46,089 nucleotides of DNA from Verrucomicrobiota bacterium (GCA_038214755.1 JBBQRQ010000034.1:1-46089), one strand, 5' to 3'; shown: positions 8,948-18,574, counted from the first letter of the stretch. Notes: generated by a model not told the origin, from the sequence alone. Numbers and translations are program-made.

Positions 8948-9582
8948 CAGCCCGGAGGGCTGCTGGAAATTAGCCGGGGATAACATCCCCGGTCGCGCGT
9001 TAGAATAATATTGCGCCCTGAAAAGGCGCGGGAAAGATACACCGCATGTCCTCGACCCATCTCAGCCTTCATGCTCACGTTGTTTTCGGAACCAAACATC
9101 AACGTCCTTTGATCGCAGCGGAATGGCGTTCGCGATTCCATGCCTTTATCGGCGGCGCGATTCGCACGGTGGAAGTGATTCCCGAATCTGTCGGCGGTGT
9201 GGCCGATCATGTTCATCTTTTGATTGGATTTCGCGCAACGCATCGGCTCGCGGATGTGATGCGCGACGTGAAACGGGTTTCGTCGGCGTGGGTGCATGAA
9301 ACGATTGGCGATAAAGAATTTGAGTGGCAGGACGGATATGGCGCGTTTTCGGTAAGTGCGTCGGCTAGAGAAAAAGTAAAATCCTACATCGCGAATCAAG
9401 AAGAACATCATCGCACGAAAACGTTTCAAGAGGAGTATGTGGAATTGTTGAAATTAAGCGGGGTAGAATATGACCCGAAATATTTGTGGTGATTTCCGCC
9501 GCCCCTGCCGGGGCGGGATATTTTTTGGATCACGTGACCGGGGATGTTATCCCCGACTAATTTCCGCAAGCCCTCCGGGCTG
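8948..9582. mobile_element. IS200/RAYT-like element: Y1 transposase between ~90-bp inverted tri-hairpin arms
   Basis: Left arm 8948-9035 and right arm 9493-9582 are inverted copies; the first 47 nt match at 43 positions. Confidence 0.85.
9046..9492 (+). CDS. tnpA: HUH Y1 transposase (IS200/IS605 TnpA or REP-associated tyrosine transposase type); no tnpB
   Basis: HVVFGTK, DHVHLL (HUH), WQDGYGAFSVS, YIANQ (catalytic Tyr). Confidence 0.92.
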   Translation: MSSTHLSLHAHVVFGTKHQRPLIAAEWRSRFHAFIGGAIRTVEVIPESVGGVADHVHLLIGFRATHRLADVMRDVKRVSSAWVHETIGDKEFEWQDGYGAFSVSASAREKVKSYIANQEEHHRTKTFQEEYVELLKLSGVEYDPKYLW

Positions 9583-9731
9583 ATTCTGCCGTGACCAGTT
9601 CTATTATCAGCACACAAAAGTTTTTTCGATTAGGCCAATAGTTTCCTATCTCATCTCGCTCGGTTGCCATTCGGCACGAACGATTTTAAAAAATGGTTGT
9701 CTTTCTTACCGGTGGGCTTAACGTCTCTGGC

Positions 9732-9968
9732 GTGTTGACAACCCTTTCTACCAAAGGCCAGATCGTCATCCCGCAAGCGGTGCGGGAACGCAAAAACCTG
9801 CAACCCGGGGATGAGTTAGAGATTCAGGAGACCGCTGGCGGGTTTGAGGTCCGCAAAAAAAGCCGCAACGAAGGTTTGGTTAAACACCTTCTCGCTTGTC
9901 CAGTCAAAGGTGAGGGATTGCCTCCCAACCGCCGCAAACAGTCTCCGCGCCGGCGGATTCGCTTCTGA
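9732..9968 (+). CDS. AbrB/MazE/SpoVT-family antitoxin
   Basis: TTLSTKGQIVIPQAVRERKNLQPGDELEI; GTG 9732 is the likely start (ORF open from 9693). Confidence 0.88.
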   Translation: MLTTLSTKGQIVIPQAVRERKNLQPGDELEIQETAGGFEVRKKSRNEGLVKHLLACPVKGEGLPPNRRKQSPRRRIRF

Positions 9969-10387
9969 TGTTTCTCGCCGATACCAATTTACTTTCCGAG
10001 CCGCGGCAAAAAAATCCTGACGCTGGCGTTTTGAAGTGGCTCTCCGATCAGGAAGAAGAGCTTTTTATCAGTGCGATCAGCCTTGCCGAAATTCAGTCGG
10101 GCATCAGCCGCCTGGCCGACGGCAGAAAAAAAAGCGCCCTCCAAGAATGGTTCGATGCGCTGCGCGAAAACCATCGCGGTTCCATCCTCGACTTCAACGA
10201 AGCAGTGGCCTTGCGCTGGGGAGAGTTGGATGCGGAGTTGGAGCGCAAAGGAAGAAAAATGCCGATTGAGGATAGTTATCTGGCCGCCACTGCGCTGCAA
10301 TATGATCTTACTGTCGCCACTCGCAACGAACGCGATTTTAGCGAAGCGCCGGTAAAAATAGTTAATCCGTGGAAGCCGGGTTCTTAG
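9968..10387 (+). CDS. vapC: VapC/FitB-like PIN toxin
   Basis: FLADTNLLSE...SAISLAEI...DSYLAATA...TVATRNERDF...VNPW; TGATG coupling to the antitoxin. Confidence 0.92.
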   Translation: MFLADTNLLSEPRQKNPDAGVLKWLSDQEEELFISAISLAEIQSGISRLADGRKKSALQEWFDALRENHRGSILDFNEAVALRWGELDAELERKGRKMPIEDSYLAATALQYDLTVATRNERDFSEAPVKIVNPWKPGS

Positions 10388-10457
10388 CTCGAAAACATTT
10401 TCGGAAGAATGTTAGCTCGGGAGCTCACGACTTCTTTCCGTCGCGAGAAGAAAAACT

Positions 10458-11030
10458 ATGTTGATGCTGCGCGAAAAAGTTCCCGCCGATTGGTTGCCGA
10501 AAGTTCTGTCAAATTTGCCAGCGGTCCTGGTAGATCACGCGCACCTCGAACGCAAAGCTGCTACGACCGCATTGAACCTGGAAAAATATCGCGATCTTTA
10601 TCCGCGCGTTGAAGAGTTGAACGCAATCGCCATCGAGGAGTTGCAACATTTTCAGTTGGTGCTCGAATTGTTGAAGGGGCGCGGCATTCCATTTGGCCAG
10701 GCTCATCCGAGTCCGTGGATTACCGGACTGATGCGTTCGATTCGCAACGGGCAACGACATCAAGTCATCGATCATTTGATTTGTTGCGCGCTCATTGAAG
10801 GGAGGAGTTGTGAAAAATTTCAAATTCTCGCGCGTGAACTTCAAACACTCGATGCGGAGTTGGCAAATTTTTACGCGAGCTTGGTCGAGTCGGAAGGAAA
10901 TCATTATGCAACTTATCTTTTGATGGCGAAGGGTATTGATGAGGCCGAGACGGATCGCAGGCTGGATTTTTATTTGGATTTAGACGCCCATCTGATTCGC
11001 CAGCCGAATCCGTTTCCGATGTTGCATTGA
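10458..11030 (+). CDS. miaE: tRNA ms2i6A37 hydroxylase MiaE-like ferritin-fold protein
   Basis: LVDHAHLERKAA, EELQHF, ALIEGRSCEKF, L.ESEGNHY di-iron motifs. Confidence 0.85.
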   Translation: MLMLREKVPADWLPKVLSNLPAVLVDHAHLERKAATTALNLEKYRDLYPRVEELNAIAIEELQHFQLVLELLKGRGIPFGQAHPSPWITGLMRSIRNGQRHQVIDHLICCALIEGRSCEKFQILARELQTLDAELANFYASLVESEGNHYATYLLMAKGIDEAETDRRLDFYLDLDAHLIRQPNPFPMLH

Positions 11031-11039
11031 GAAGATCCG

Positions 11040-11197
11040 GGGTAGCATCTGCCTCTGGCGGGTGCGGGTTTTTCGATATTGGATTATTGGATGGTTGGAT
11101 TGTTCAGGTTTTCCAATCCGTCGAACCTTGAACATCGAACCTTCAACGCGGACCAGCGAATGGGTGTCTTCGCACCCGCCGGAGGCAGATGCTACCC
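11040..11197. repeat. GGGTAGCATCTGCC REP dyad with internal octamer/heptamer arrays
   Basis: GGGTAGCATCTGCCTCTGGCGGGTGCG ... CGCACCCGCCGGAGGCAGATGCTACCC. Confidence 0.9.
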
Positions 11198-11224
11198 TGG
11201 GGTTTGGTGAAAAATATCGCTATC

Positions 11225-11770
11225 TCACGCCAGCATCTCGTGCAATGCCTTGAGCAGTTTTTCCACGTTGAAAGGTTTTGGGATAAACTCAATGTCGTCG
11301 CCAAGTTTTTCTTTGATGGTATCCCCCTGCATCAATCCGCTGATGGCGATGAATTTCAGGTGAGGGTTTTGCGTTTTTAACGCTTTGATGACAAGCCATC
11401 CATCACCGGCATCATCATGTCGGTAATGACGACTTTGATTTTTTCTCTGAACTGTGGATAGAGGGCGAGCGCGTCCGCGCCGTGGTTGGCCGTGACAATA
11501 TAATAGCCGTAATTAGCCAGGATGGATTTAGCCAGATCGAGGATGGCAGGTTCATCATCAATGATCATGATGGTGTGACCGTTGCCGCGTAAACCTTGCC
11601 GCGTGGGAGACGTAGCCTCGGCTACCATGGCATCGGTGGCGGGCAGGTAAACGTTGAAGCTGGTCCCTTTTCCTACTTCGCTTTTCCAGTCGAGAAAGCC
11701 GCCATGGCTTTTGATGATGCTGATCACGGTGGACAAGCCCAGTCCCGTGCCTTTGCCGATTTCTTTAGCG
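11225..11770 (-). pseudogene. C-terminal fragment of a hybrid sensor kinase (HATPase end plus receiver), truncated and frameshifted
   Basis: KEIGKGTGLGLS..., IMIIDDEP...VITDMMMPVMDG; shift near 11390, then IKALKTQ...FIAISG...FIPKPFNVEKLL...LA*. Confidence 0.8.
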
Positions 11771-12090
11771 ACGGTCGCGGTGGATAACCGTGGCAGCAAC
11801 CCGTTTGCTTATGAGTGTCGCTTTAATGGAACGAAGATTGAAGGCGCGACCAACTATGTTTTGACTATCATGAACGTTCTGTCTTCCAAGCCTGGACTTT
11901 ACCCCGGCCGTCGTCAGCAATCTTATCCACACCCCCTTGGTAGGGTCTGCCCAATACGAATTACCTAGTGCTTACATCCACCAATCTGGTGAATTGGGAA
12001 CCGCTTGGCATGGCCAGTTCGCCCAACGGATACAATAATCGACCTTGATGCAGCCAACTACCTTTTGCGCTATTACCAAAACTTCCGTTC
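11770..12090 (+). pseudogene. Decayed Ig-like / C-terminal domain fragment of a secreted protein
   Basis: VDNRGSNPFAYECRFNGTKIEGATNYVLTI.NV (Ig-like); a later frame gives VLTSTNLVNWEPL; several frame breaks. Confidence 0.55.
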
Positions 12091-12104
12091 AACCGTAAGC
12101 AACA

Positions 12105-12235
12105 GGTAGCATCTGCCTCCGGCTGCGACGGGTTCATTTCGACAACTCGATGTGAAGGTTGGATTGTTGGATGGTTGGAAAACGTTGAACATTGAATCGG
12201 AGAAAACTCACACTCGCATGAGGTGGATGCTACCC
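12105..12235. repeat. Degenerate GGGTAGCATCTGCC REP dyad
   Basis: GGTAGCATCTGCCTCCGGCTGCGA ... TCGCATGAGGTGGATGCTACCC, with internal ttggattg and ttgaaca repeats. Confidence 0.8.
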
Positions 12236-12252
12236 GCGTTCTCTCTGAAGAA

Positions 12253-12327
12253 TGGAGCCAGTTTTCGGGATCGAACCGAAGACCGACGGTTTACAAAACC
12301 GTTGCTCTACCACTGAGCTAAACTGGC
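12253..12327 (-). tRNA. tRNA-Thr(TGT)
   Basis: Reverse complement GCCAGTTTAGCTCAGTGGTAGAGCAACGGTTTTGTAAACCGTCGGTCTTCGGTTCGATCCCGAAAACTGGCTCCA: cloverleaf, TGT anticodon, encoded CCA. Confidence 0.97.
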
Positions 12328-12672
12328 TTGCGAGCATTTACCCGATGTGGCCCAAAATTATTTTTCCACCCTCCGTTGGTAAATGACCGACTCTCTATAC
12401 CTGCCCTCGCTGGACTGGTCAAGCCAGCGGGCAGCGAAAATTCTATTGGCGTCTTGTTCCCGTAGCGCAGGTTTCCAATCGGCAGGGCGTTGAACATCCA
12501 GCGGCTGCGATTAAGATTCCGCGCTCCTGTCGCAATGGCAACCTCACGGTGCCTCCAGCGTTAAGACCAACTGCAAAGTCCTTGCAGGAATCTGGGCGGA
12601 GCGGCGACTCCGCCCTACCATGGTGATTGTGTCACGATGCGTCCGTCGAAAACAGAATGGTAAAAATTTCTA

Positions 12673-12700
12673 TTGACTACTTCACGGTGGAAACTAGATT
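12673..12700 (+). promoter_or_regulatory. Putative sigma70 promoter for the basic repeat protein
   Basis: TTGACT-N16-TAGATT, 9 nt before ATG 12710. Confidence 0.5.
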
Positions 12701-12709
12701 CGGACTCCT

Positions 12710-13186
12710 ATGCCAAATACTATATCCGATTTATCGGTGGCTCAACTCAAGCGAGCCATTCAAATCAAGGAACAAATCAACAAATTACAAAGCGAACTCG
12801 GTTCTCTACCGGGTTTTAAAACTTCTGCGCGAAAGCCAGCGGCCAGTTCGAGTATGTCTGCGGCCACTCGCGTCCGGATGTCCAACATGGCCAAAGCGCG
12901 TTGGGCTAAAATCAAGCGCGGGTCCAGGTCGGCAACGAAAAACAGATCGTCCGGCAGGTCCACATTGAGCGCCGCCGCCCGTCAAAGAATCTCAGAAGCG
13001 GCCAAGGCGCGTTGGGCCAAGATCAAGTCCGGTAATAAAGGATCCGGCGTTAACACAGCCGCCACTGCCACAGCAAAGGCGCGGAAACCAATGAGCGCCG
13101 CACGACGCGCGCAACTTGCCGCGGCAATGAAGGAACGCTGGGCGAAGATTAAGGCCAACAAAGGCACGCCAAACAAACTCACGTAG
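12710..13186 (+). CDS. Highly basic protein with an N-terminal coiled coil and three S-x3-R-x3-(S/A)-x2-(A/M)-K-x-RWAKIK repeats; putative nucleoid/DNA-binding protein
   Basis: Repeats SAATRVRMSNMAKARWAKIK, SAAARQRISEAAKARWAKIK, SAARRAQLAAAMKERWAKIK; K/R/A/S-rich. Confidence 0.8.
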   Translation: MPNTISDLSVAQLKRAIQIKEQINKLQSELGSLPGFKTSARKPAASSSMSAATRVRMSNMAKARWAKIKRGSRSATKNRSSGRSTLSAAARQRISEAAKARWAKIKSGNKGSGVNTAATATAKARKPMSAARRAQLAAAMKERWAKIKANKGTPNKLT

Positions 13187-13341
13187 CCGCAAGTCTCTGC
13201 GCTCTCCCGCCCGCAACAGAAGTGGGTTGCATCTGTCTCCTGCGGGTGCGAGACGAGGGTTCGATCAATGAAAAAGAGCGCGGACAGCCATGCCCGCGTG
13301 AGCCGAGGCGGTGCTGATTCCGGCCGTTCGTCACGGTGAGT

Positions 13342-13451
13342 TGGCTGTTGTCAGAATAAATTTCCGAAAAGGTGGGCGACGACCTGCGGGTCGTCGCGGC
13401 AAACCCGCAGGTTTGCTTCACCTTTTCGGAAATTTATTTTGAGAACACTCT
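13342..13451. mobile_element. Small MITE-like palindrome with IS-like ends
   Basis: 33-nt inverted ends (28/33 match; ...TCA(G/A)AATAAATTTCCGAAAAGGTG) enclosing two short hairpins. Confidence 0.7.
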
Positions 13452-13583
13452 ATCCTTCGCGCGGACAAAGGCTGTCTGCGCTCCTTTCCTGGAGCAACCA
13501 CGGTCCTCACGCTTCCTCTCTTCCGTAATTCAATTCCTTTTTTTTGATTGCAGTCGTCTGGCTTTCTACCGAGCTTGAAAACA

Positions 13584-16268
13584 ATGAAATCACTTTTCGC
13601 TTGTCTCTTGCTCTCTTTCGGATTGGTTGCGCCATCGCGGCTGCTAGCGTTTGAGCTTAAACAGAACGACCACATTGCCGTTATTGGCAATGCGCTCGCT
13701 GACCGAATGCAACATGACGGTTGGTTGGAGTCGCTGATTTACGCCAGCTTCCCTGACAAGGACTTGGTCTTTCGTAATCTTGCCTTTGCCGGAGATGAAA
13801 TTGTTTTCCGCCATCGCTCGGAAAATTTTGGCTCGCCCGATGATTGGTTGAACAAGGTCAAAGCCGATACCATTTTTGCTTGCTTCGGATTCAATGAATC
13901 GTTCAAAGGCGATGTGGGTCTCGATACTTTCAAAGATGACCTCGCCAAATTTTTGAAGGAGACCAAATCGAAAAACTACAGTGGCCGGGGAAGTCCGCTC
14001 ATCATTTTATTCTCGCCCATCGCCAATGAGAAACTGAACGACTCCAACTATCCTGATCCCAGTTCGAATAACGAGAATCTGCGCAAATATAGCAGCGGCA
14101 TGGCTGACGTGGCGAAAGCTCAGGACGTGCTATTCGTCAACCTGTTCGCTATCTCCCAGAACCTTTACGCTCAAGCTGCAAAAAAAGATCAATCACTCAC
14201 GATTAACACACTTCATCTCAGCGAGGCGGGCAATAAAGCGCTCGCCCTGGAAATTTTTCGAACTCTAATCAACCAAAAGCTGCCAGCGAAACGGTTGGAA
14301 AAAATTCGTGACGCAGTCCTCGACAAGAACCATGAGTGGCATGCCCGCTATCGAACGATGGACGGTTATAATGTTTATGGAGGCCGCTCCAAACTCACCT
14401 TTCCCAGAGCGGGTAAAGATTCGGAAAAGATTTCCAACTACGATGTCATGCAGGAGGAGATGACGCAGCGCGATGTCAAGACAGCCAATCGAGACAAGCG
14501 CATTTGGTCGGTGGCGAAAGGAAAAGACATAAAAGTCGATGATTCGAACCTGCCTATGGTAGAGAAACTCGAATCGAACAAGCCGGACGTGCCGCCTTTT
14601 CTGGGTGGTGAAGAGGCCATTCAACACATGACAGTGGCGAAAGGTTGCAAGGTCACTCTCTTCGCCAGCGAGGAAAAATTTCCTGAACTCATCAGCCCGG
14701 TGCAAATGGCCTTCGATACGAAAGGCCGTCTCTGGGTAGCTTCGTGGGCCAGTTATCCCGAACGCACTCCCACGAGTATGGTAGGCGACAAGTTGCTCGT
14801 CTTCGAGGATACCAACAACGATGGCAAAGCAGACAAAGTCACGACCTTCCTCGACGACTTGAATTGTCCAACTGGTTTTCAATTCTACAAAGATGGTGTG
14901 TTAGTCATGCAAGCTCCCGACTTATGGTTTGTTCGCGACGTGGACGGTAATGGCAAGGCGGACTGGAAGGAGCGCGTCCTCATGGGCATGGATTCGGCCG
15001 ACTCACATCATACCGCGAACTCAATGGTGTTAGACCCGGGAGGCGCGACTTACTTGAGTGACGGAGTATTCCATCGCACTCAGGTTGAAACCGCCATTGG
15101 CCCGATTCGCAACAACGACGCTTGTATCTACCGTTTCGAGCCGCGCACGGGCAAGTTCGAGCGATACATCCCGTACGGTTTTGCCAATCCGCATGGACGA
15201 GTGTTCGACTACTGGGGAAACGACATCGTGACGGACGCGACTGGCAACAACAGTTACTTTGGTCCTGCATTCAGCGGACATCTGGACTATCCCGCCAAAC
15301 ATTCAAAGCTGGAAGACTTTTGGAAACGTCCATCGCGTCCTTGTCCTGGAACGGGTATCCTGTCCAGCCGCCATTTTCCAGAAGAGTTTCAGAACAATTT
15401 TTTGAACCTGAACGTGATTGGTTTCCAAGGCATCTATCGAGTAAAGGTCAGCGAAGATGGTTCAGGGCTAAAGGGAGAGACGATTGAAGATAATCTCGTT
15501 AAATCGGACGACCCCAACTTCCGTCCCTCAGCGGTGAGCGTTGCGCCGGACGGCTCTATCTATTTCACGGACTGGGCCAAGCCCCTCATCGGACACATGC
15601 AACATCATATCCGCGATCCTAACCGGGACAAGACCCACGGCCGTATTTACCGCATCACTTACGAAGGACGACCTCTATTGCAGCCGGTTGAAATTTACGG
15701 CCAATCGATCACGAAGTTATTGGAAGCGCTCAAGACGCCGGAGAACGATGTCCGCACTCGCGCCAAAATTGAGTTGGGGAAACATGATTCCCCGAAGGTT
15801 ATCGCCGCGACAAAAAAGTGGGTCGCCGCGCTCGATCCCAAGGTCAAGGATTACGAGCATCACATGATGGAAGCTCTATGGGTCCATCAATGGCATAACG
15901 TCGTGGATGAACCATTATTGAAAAGGATGCTGCGTTCTCCAGACTACCATGCGCGCGCGGCGGCAACCCGCGTGCTTTGCTATTGGCGCGATCGAGTGGC
16001 AGACCCGCTTGCCTTACTCGAAGCGCAGGTCAAAGACCAGAGTCCGCGCGTCCGGCTTGAAGCGGTAAGAGCATGCAGCTTCTTTACCAATAGGAAAGCG
16101 GCGGAAGTGGCTTTGCTCGTCCTCGACCAGGAAGCCGATCCGGGCAAACCCGACTACTACATCAAATATTGCTTGGATGAAACGATGAAGGCATTGGATA
16201 GGTATTTGGTTGCTTCCAAGAAAACAAGCCTCACTGATTCAGTGAGCGATAATGCCGCCATTAAATGA
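13584..16268 (+). CDS. PVC-type membrane-bound dehydrogenase-like protein: SGNH-like domain, beta-propeller and HEAT repeats
   Basis: Signal peptide; IAVIGNALAD..QH (SGNH-like); LFASEE.FPEL..PVQMAFD.KGRLWV; DTNNDGKAD; FRPS...APDGSIYF.DW...GHMQH..RDP; HEAT-like C-terminus. ATG 13584 is the likely start. Confidence 0.85.
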   Translation: MKSLFACLLLSFGLVAPSRLLAFELKQNDHIAVIGNALADRMQHDGWLESLIYASFPDKDLVFRNLAFAGDEIVFRHRSENFGSPDDWLNKVKADTIFACFGFNESFKGDVGLDTFKDDLAKFLKETKSKNYSGRGSPLIILFSPIANEKLNDSNYPDPSSNNENLRKYSSGMADVAKAQDVLFVNLFAISQNLYAQAAKKDQSLTINTLHLSEAGNKALALEIFRTLINQKLPAKRLEKIRDAVLDKNHEWHARYRTMDGYNVYGGRSKLTFPRAGKDSEKISNYDVMQEEMTQRDVKTANRDKRIWSVAKGKDIKVDDSNLPMVEKLESNKPDVPPFLGGEEAIQHMTVAKGCKVTLFASEEKFPELISPVQMAFDTKGRLWVASWASYPERTPTSMVGDKLLVFEDTNNDGKADKVTTFLDDLNCPTGFQFYKDGVLVMQAPDLWFVRDVDGNGKADWKERVLMGMDSADSHHTANSMVLDPGGATYLSDGVFHRTQVETAIGPIRNNDACIYRFEPRTGKFERYIPYGFANPHGRVFDYWGNDIVTDATGNNSYFGPAFSGHLDYPAKHSKLEDFWKRPSRPCPGTGILSSRHFPEEFQNNFLNLNVIGFQGIYRVKVSEDGSGLKGETIEDNLVKSDDPNFRPSAVSVAPDGSIYFTDWAKPLIGHMQHHIRDPNRDKTHGRIYRITYEGRPLLQPVEIYGQSITKLLEALKTPENDVRTRAKIELGKHDSPKVIAATKKWVAALDPKVKDYEHHMMEALWVHQWHNVVDEPLLKRMLRSPDYHARAAATRVLCYWRDRVADPLALLEAQVKDQSPRVRLEAVRACSFFTNRKAAEVALLVLDQEADPGKPDYYIKYCLDETMKALDRYLVASKKTSLTDSVSDNAAIK

Positions 16269-16289
16269 ATCGCGAAAAAACGTCTAGTC

Positions 16290-16393
16290 GGGTAGCATCT
16301 GCCTCCGGCGGGTGCGAAAAGATTTTTCACCACCGAAATTTTTTGCTTTCCAGAAAATATTTTCTTCGCACCCGCCGGAGGCGGATGCTACCC
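16290..16393. repeat. GGGTAGCATCTGCC REP dyad
   Basis: Near-perfect inverted ~29-nt arms. Confidence 0.9.
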
Positions 16394-16440
16394 CGTTATC
16401 CTCGATGTTTCTTGTGGGTAGAATATCGGAGGCAATGGTT

Positions 16441-16568
16441 TTTAACGCAAAGGACGCAGAGGTTTTCGCAGAGGAACGCGAAGTGGCGACCTTTTCCTGC
16501 CAAGCTCTTTTCCTTTTACTATTTCCTTTTGCGACCTCTGCGCTAACCTTTGCGCCCTCTGCGTTAAA
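16441..16568. repeat. AACGCAGAG-type inverted repeat element
   Basis: TTTAACGCAAAGGACGCAGAGG ... CCTTTGCGCCCTCTGCGTTAAA. Confidence 0.8.
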
Positions 16569-16589
16569 TCTGGAAATAGATAAAATCCT

Positions 16590-18485
16590 ATGACCCCCAA
16601 GAAACGTCGAAGAAGTTGTTTTGTAGTTCTCTTACTCATCGTTCTTACTTTGGCAACATCGTCGGGATTCTCGGATGACGCTCCGCCGAAAACTTTTTTT
16701 CTGCCGAAAGGTGCCACGGCGGCCTTCTACATTCTTGGACGCCTTTCCAACAAAGAGTTGATTGCCGCGCCGCGCAGTGAATTCGTTTACGTCGCTTTAC
16801 TACAAAGGCCGGGACTGGAGCGGAGGTATAGGTTGGAGGCGCTCGAAGGTTTGGCGAAACTTCGGAATACGGACTCACTTATTGAGCTTATCAGAGGTCT
16901 CGCCGAACTGGACAAGAAGGGGGATGAAGTTAATTCGGTGTTGCGCGATTTATCGAACCTTCTCCTTAAATCCAGTCAGCAGGAATTAACGGCTAAACGA
17001 ATCGGCCTGGAAAAACTCGCCGTCGAATCGCGGCTTTCCATGATAAGACAGATTGGTTACGCGGCAATGGTTACAGCCGACGGGACAAATGGGCCGGCGT
17101 GGAAAGTCGCGGAGTCCAATCCAGGACAAGTCGCAGACCTCCTTCGTTCCATAGAGTTAATTCCTCGGCCCATGCTGCGCGCGGAATTCTATCCCAGGAT
17201 CGAGCCACTGGTTCATTCCGCTGACTCTGGCGAGACGCAACGAGCGGCCATTGGAGCCATCGTGTCGATACCGGGTCACGAGGAGGAAACCTTTGCCACA
17301 CTCGCCTCATTGGTAAAGGCCGGAACAGAACGCACCACCGCCGCAGCCAGCCTTCAACGAATTCCTCGGAAGGCATGGCGCAAAGAAGAGGCGGAGCCGT
17401 TGATTGTCAGTCTGATGACTTACTTGAAGAGCGTCCCTGTGGAGCGGCGCACTGAAGCGGAAGTAGTCTCCACATTTCAGTTGGCCAACGACCTTGCTAC
17501 AATGCTGTCGCCAGACAAAGCGAGGTTATACGGCAAAGAGCTTCGAGTTTTAGGTGTCAGTGTGTTTGTCGTTCGCACTATCCCAGAGCAAATGCTCTAT
17601 GACCGGAGCCTTGTCGTTGTCGAAGCGGGGAAGCCTGTGGAAATTATTTTAATCAATGAGGATTCGATGCCGCATAACCTTGTCGTGGTGAGGCCGGCCG
17701 CATGGGAGGAAGTAGGTCAGGCCGCCGAGAAAATGTCGCCTGAACCCGATGAGCAAGGGCGTCTCTACATCCCTCATACTCCACAGGTTTTATTCGCTAC
17801 CAGGCTGGTGGAACCGGGACAGCAGGTTAAACTCAGTTTCATCGCGCCCACACAAGCAGGTGACTATCCCTATGTCTGCACGTTCCCCGGTCACTGGCGG
17901 CGAATGGTCGGCACATTGGCTGTAGTTAAAGATGTGGAGGCTTACCTGGCTGACCGGAATAATCTGCCAAAGCCTGCCTTGACTGAATGGAAAATGGAGG
18001 ACCTCGCCCCTGAACTTGGCAAGGTAGGCCCCGGACGAAACCTGGCTCGGGGTCGTGAACTATTCACCCAGCTTGCCTGCGCGGGCTGTCACAAGTTCGG
18101 CAAAGAAGGCGTCAACTACGGACCGGATTTAACCGATGTATTGAAACGCTACCAAGGCAATCGCGCTGAAGTCTTGCGTCAGATAATCGAGCCATCGCTT
18201 GTCATCAGCAATCGCTATCGTAGTTACCAAATGGAACTCAGAGACGGCGAGACGGTGACGGGTATGATCATGAAAGAGGATACGCAAAACATAACGCTAC
18301 AAACCGGACCATTGGATGCCTTGGTGCAGGTTGTGTCGAGGAGCGAAATCAAATCTCAGAAGCCGCAAGTTTCTTCACCGATGCCGATCGGATTACTGAA
18401 CACACTGTCGAAGGAGGAAATTTTTGACCTCATGGTTTGGCTGGAGCTTGGGAGTAACGCAATCGTCCACGAACATCAGCGTTAG
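16590..18485 (+). CDS. Exported HEAT-repeat + cupredoxin (azurin/auracyanin-like) + c-type heme domain protein
   Basis: Signal peptide; MPHNLVV and YPYVCTFPGHWRRM (type 1 Cu); CAGCH heme site, GPDLT and SPMP (PVC heme-binding domain). Confidence 0.88.
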   Translation: MTPKKRRRSCFVVLLLIVLTLATSSGFSDDAPPKTFFLPKGATAAFYILGRLSNKELIAAPRSEFVYVALLQRPGLERRYRLEALEGLAKLRNTDSLIELIRGLAELDKKGDEVNSVLRDLSNLLLKSSQQELTAKRIGLEKLAVESRLSMIRQIGYAAMVTADGTNGPAWKVAESNPGQVADLLRSIELIPRPMLRAEFYPRIEPLVHSADSGETQRAAIGAIVSIPGHEEETFATLASLVKAGTERTTAAASLQRIPRKAWRKEEAEPLIVSLMTYLKSVPVERRTEAEVVSTFQLANDLATMLSPDKARLYGKELRVLGVSVFVVRTIPEQMLYDRSLVVVEAGKPVEIILINEDSMPHNLVVVRPAAWEEVGQAAEKMSPEPDEQGRLYIPHTPQVLFATRLVEPGQQVKLSFIAPTQAGDYPYVCTFPGHWRRMVGTLAVVKDVEAYLADRNNLPKPALTEWKMEDLAPELGKVGPGRNLARGRELFTQLACAGCHKFGKEGVNYGPDLTDVLKRYQGNRAEVLRQIIEPSLVISNRYRSYQMELRDGETVTGMIMKEDTQNITLQTGPLDALVQVVSRSEIKSQKPQVSSPMPIGLLNTLSKEEIFDLMVWLELGSNAIVHEHQR

Positions 18486-18574
18486 ATGTTGGTTGGATTG
18501 TTGGATTGTTGGACGTTCAGTTGTACAAACGTCGAACATCGAACATCGAAATGAGACTTCGCACCCGCCGGAGA

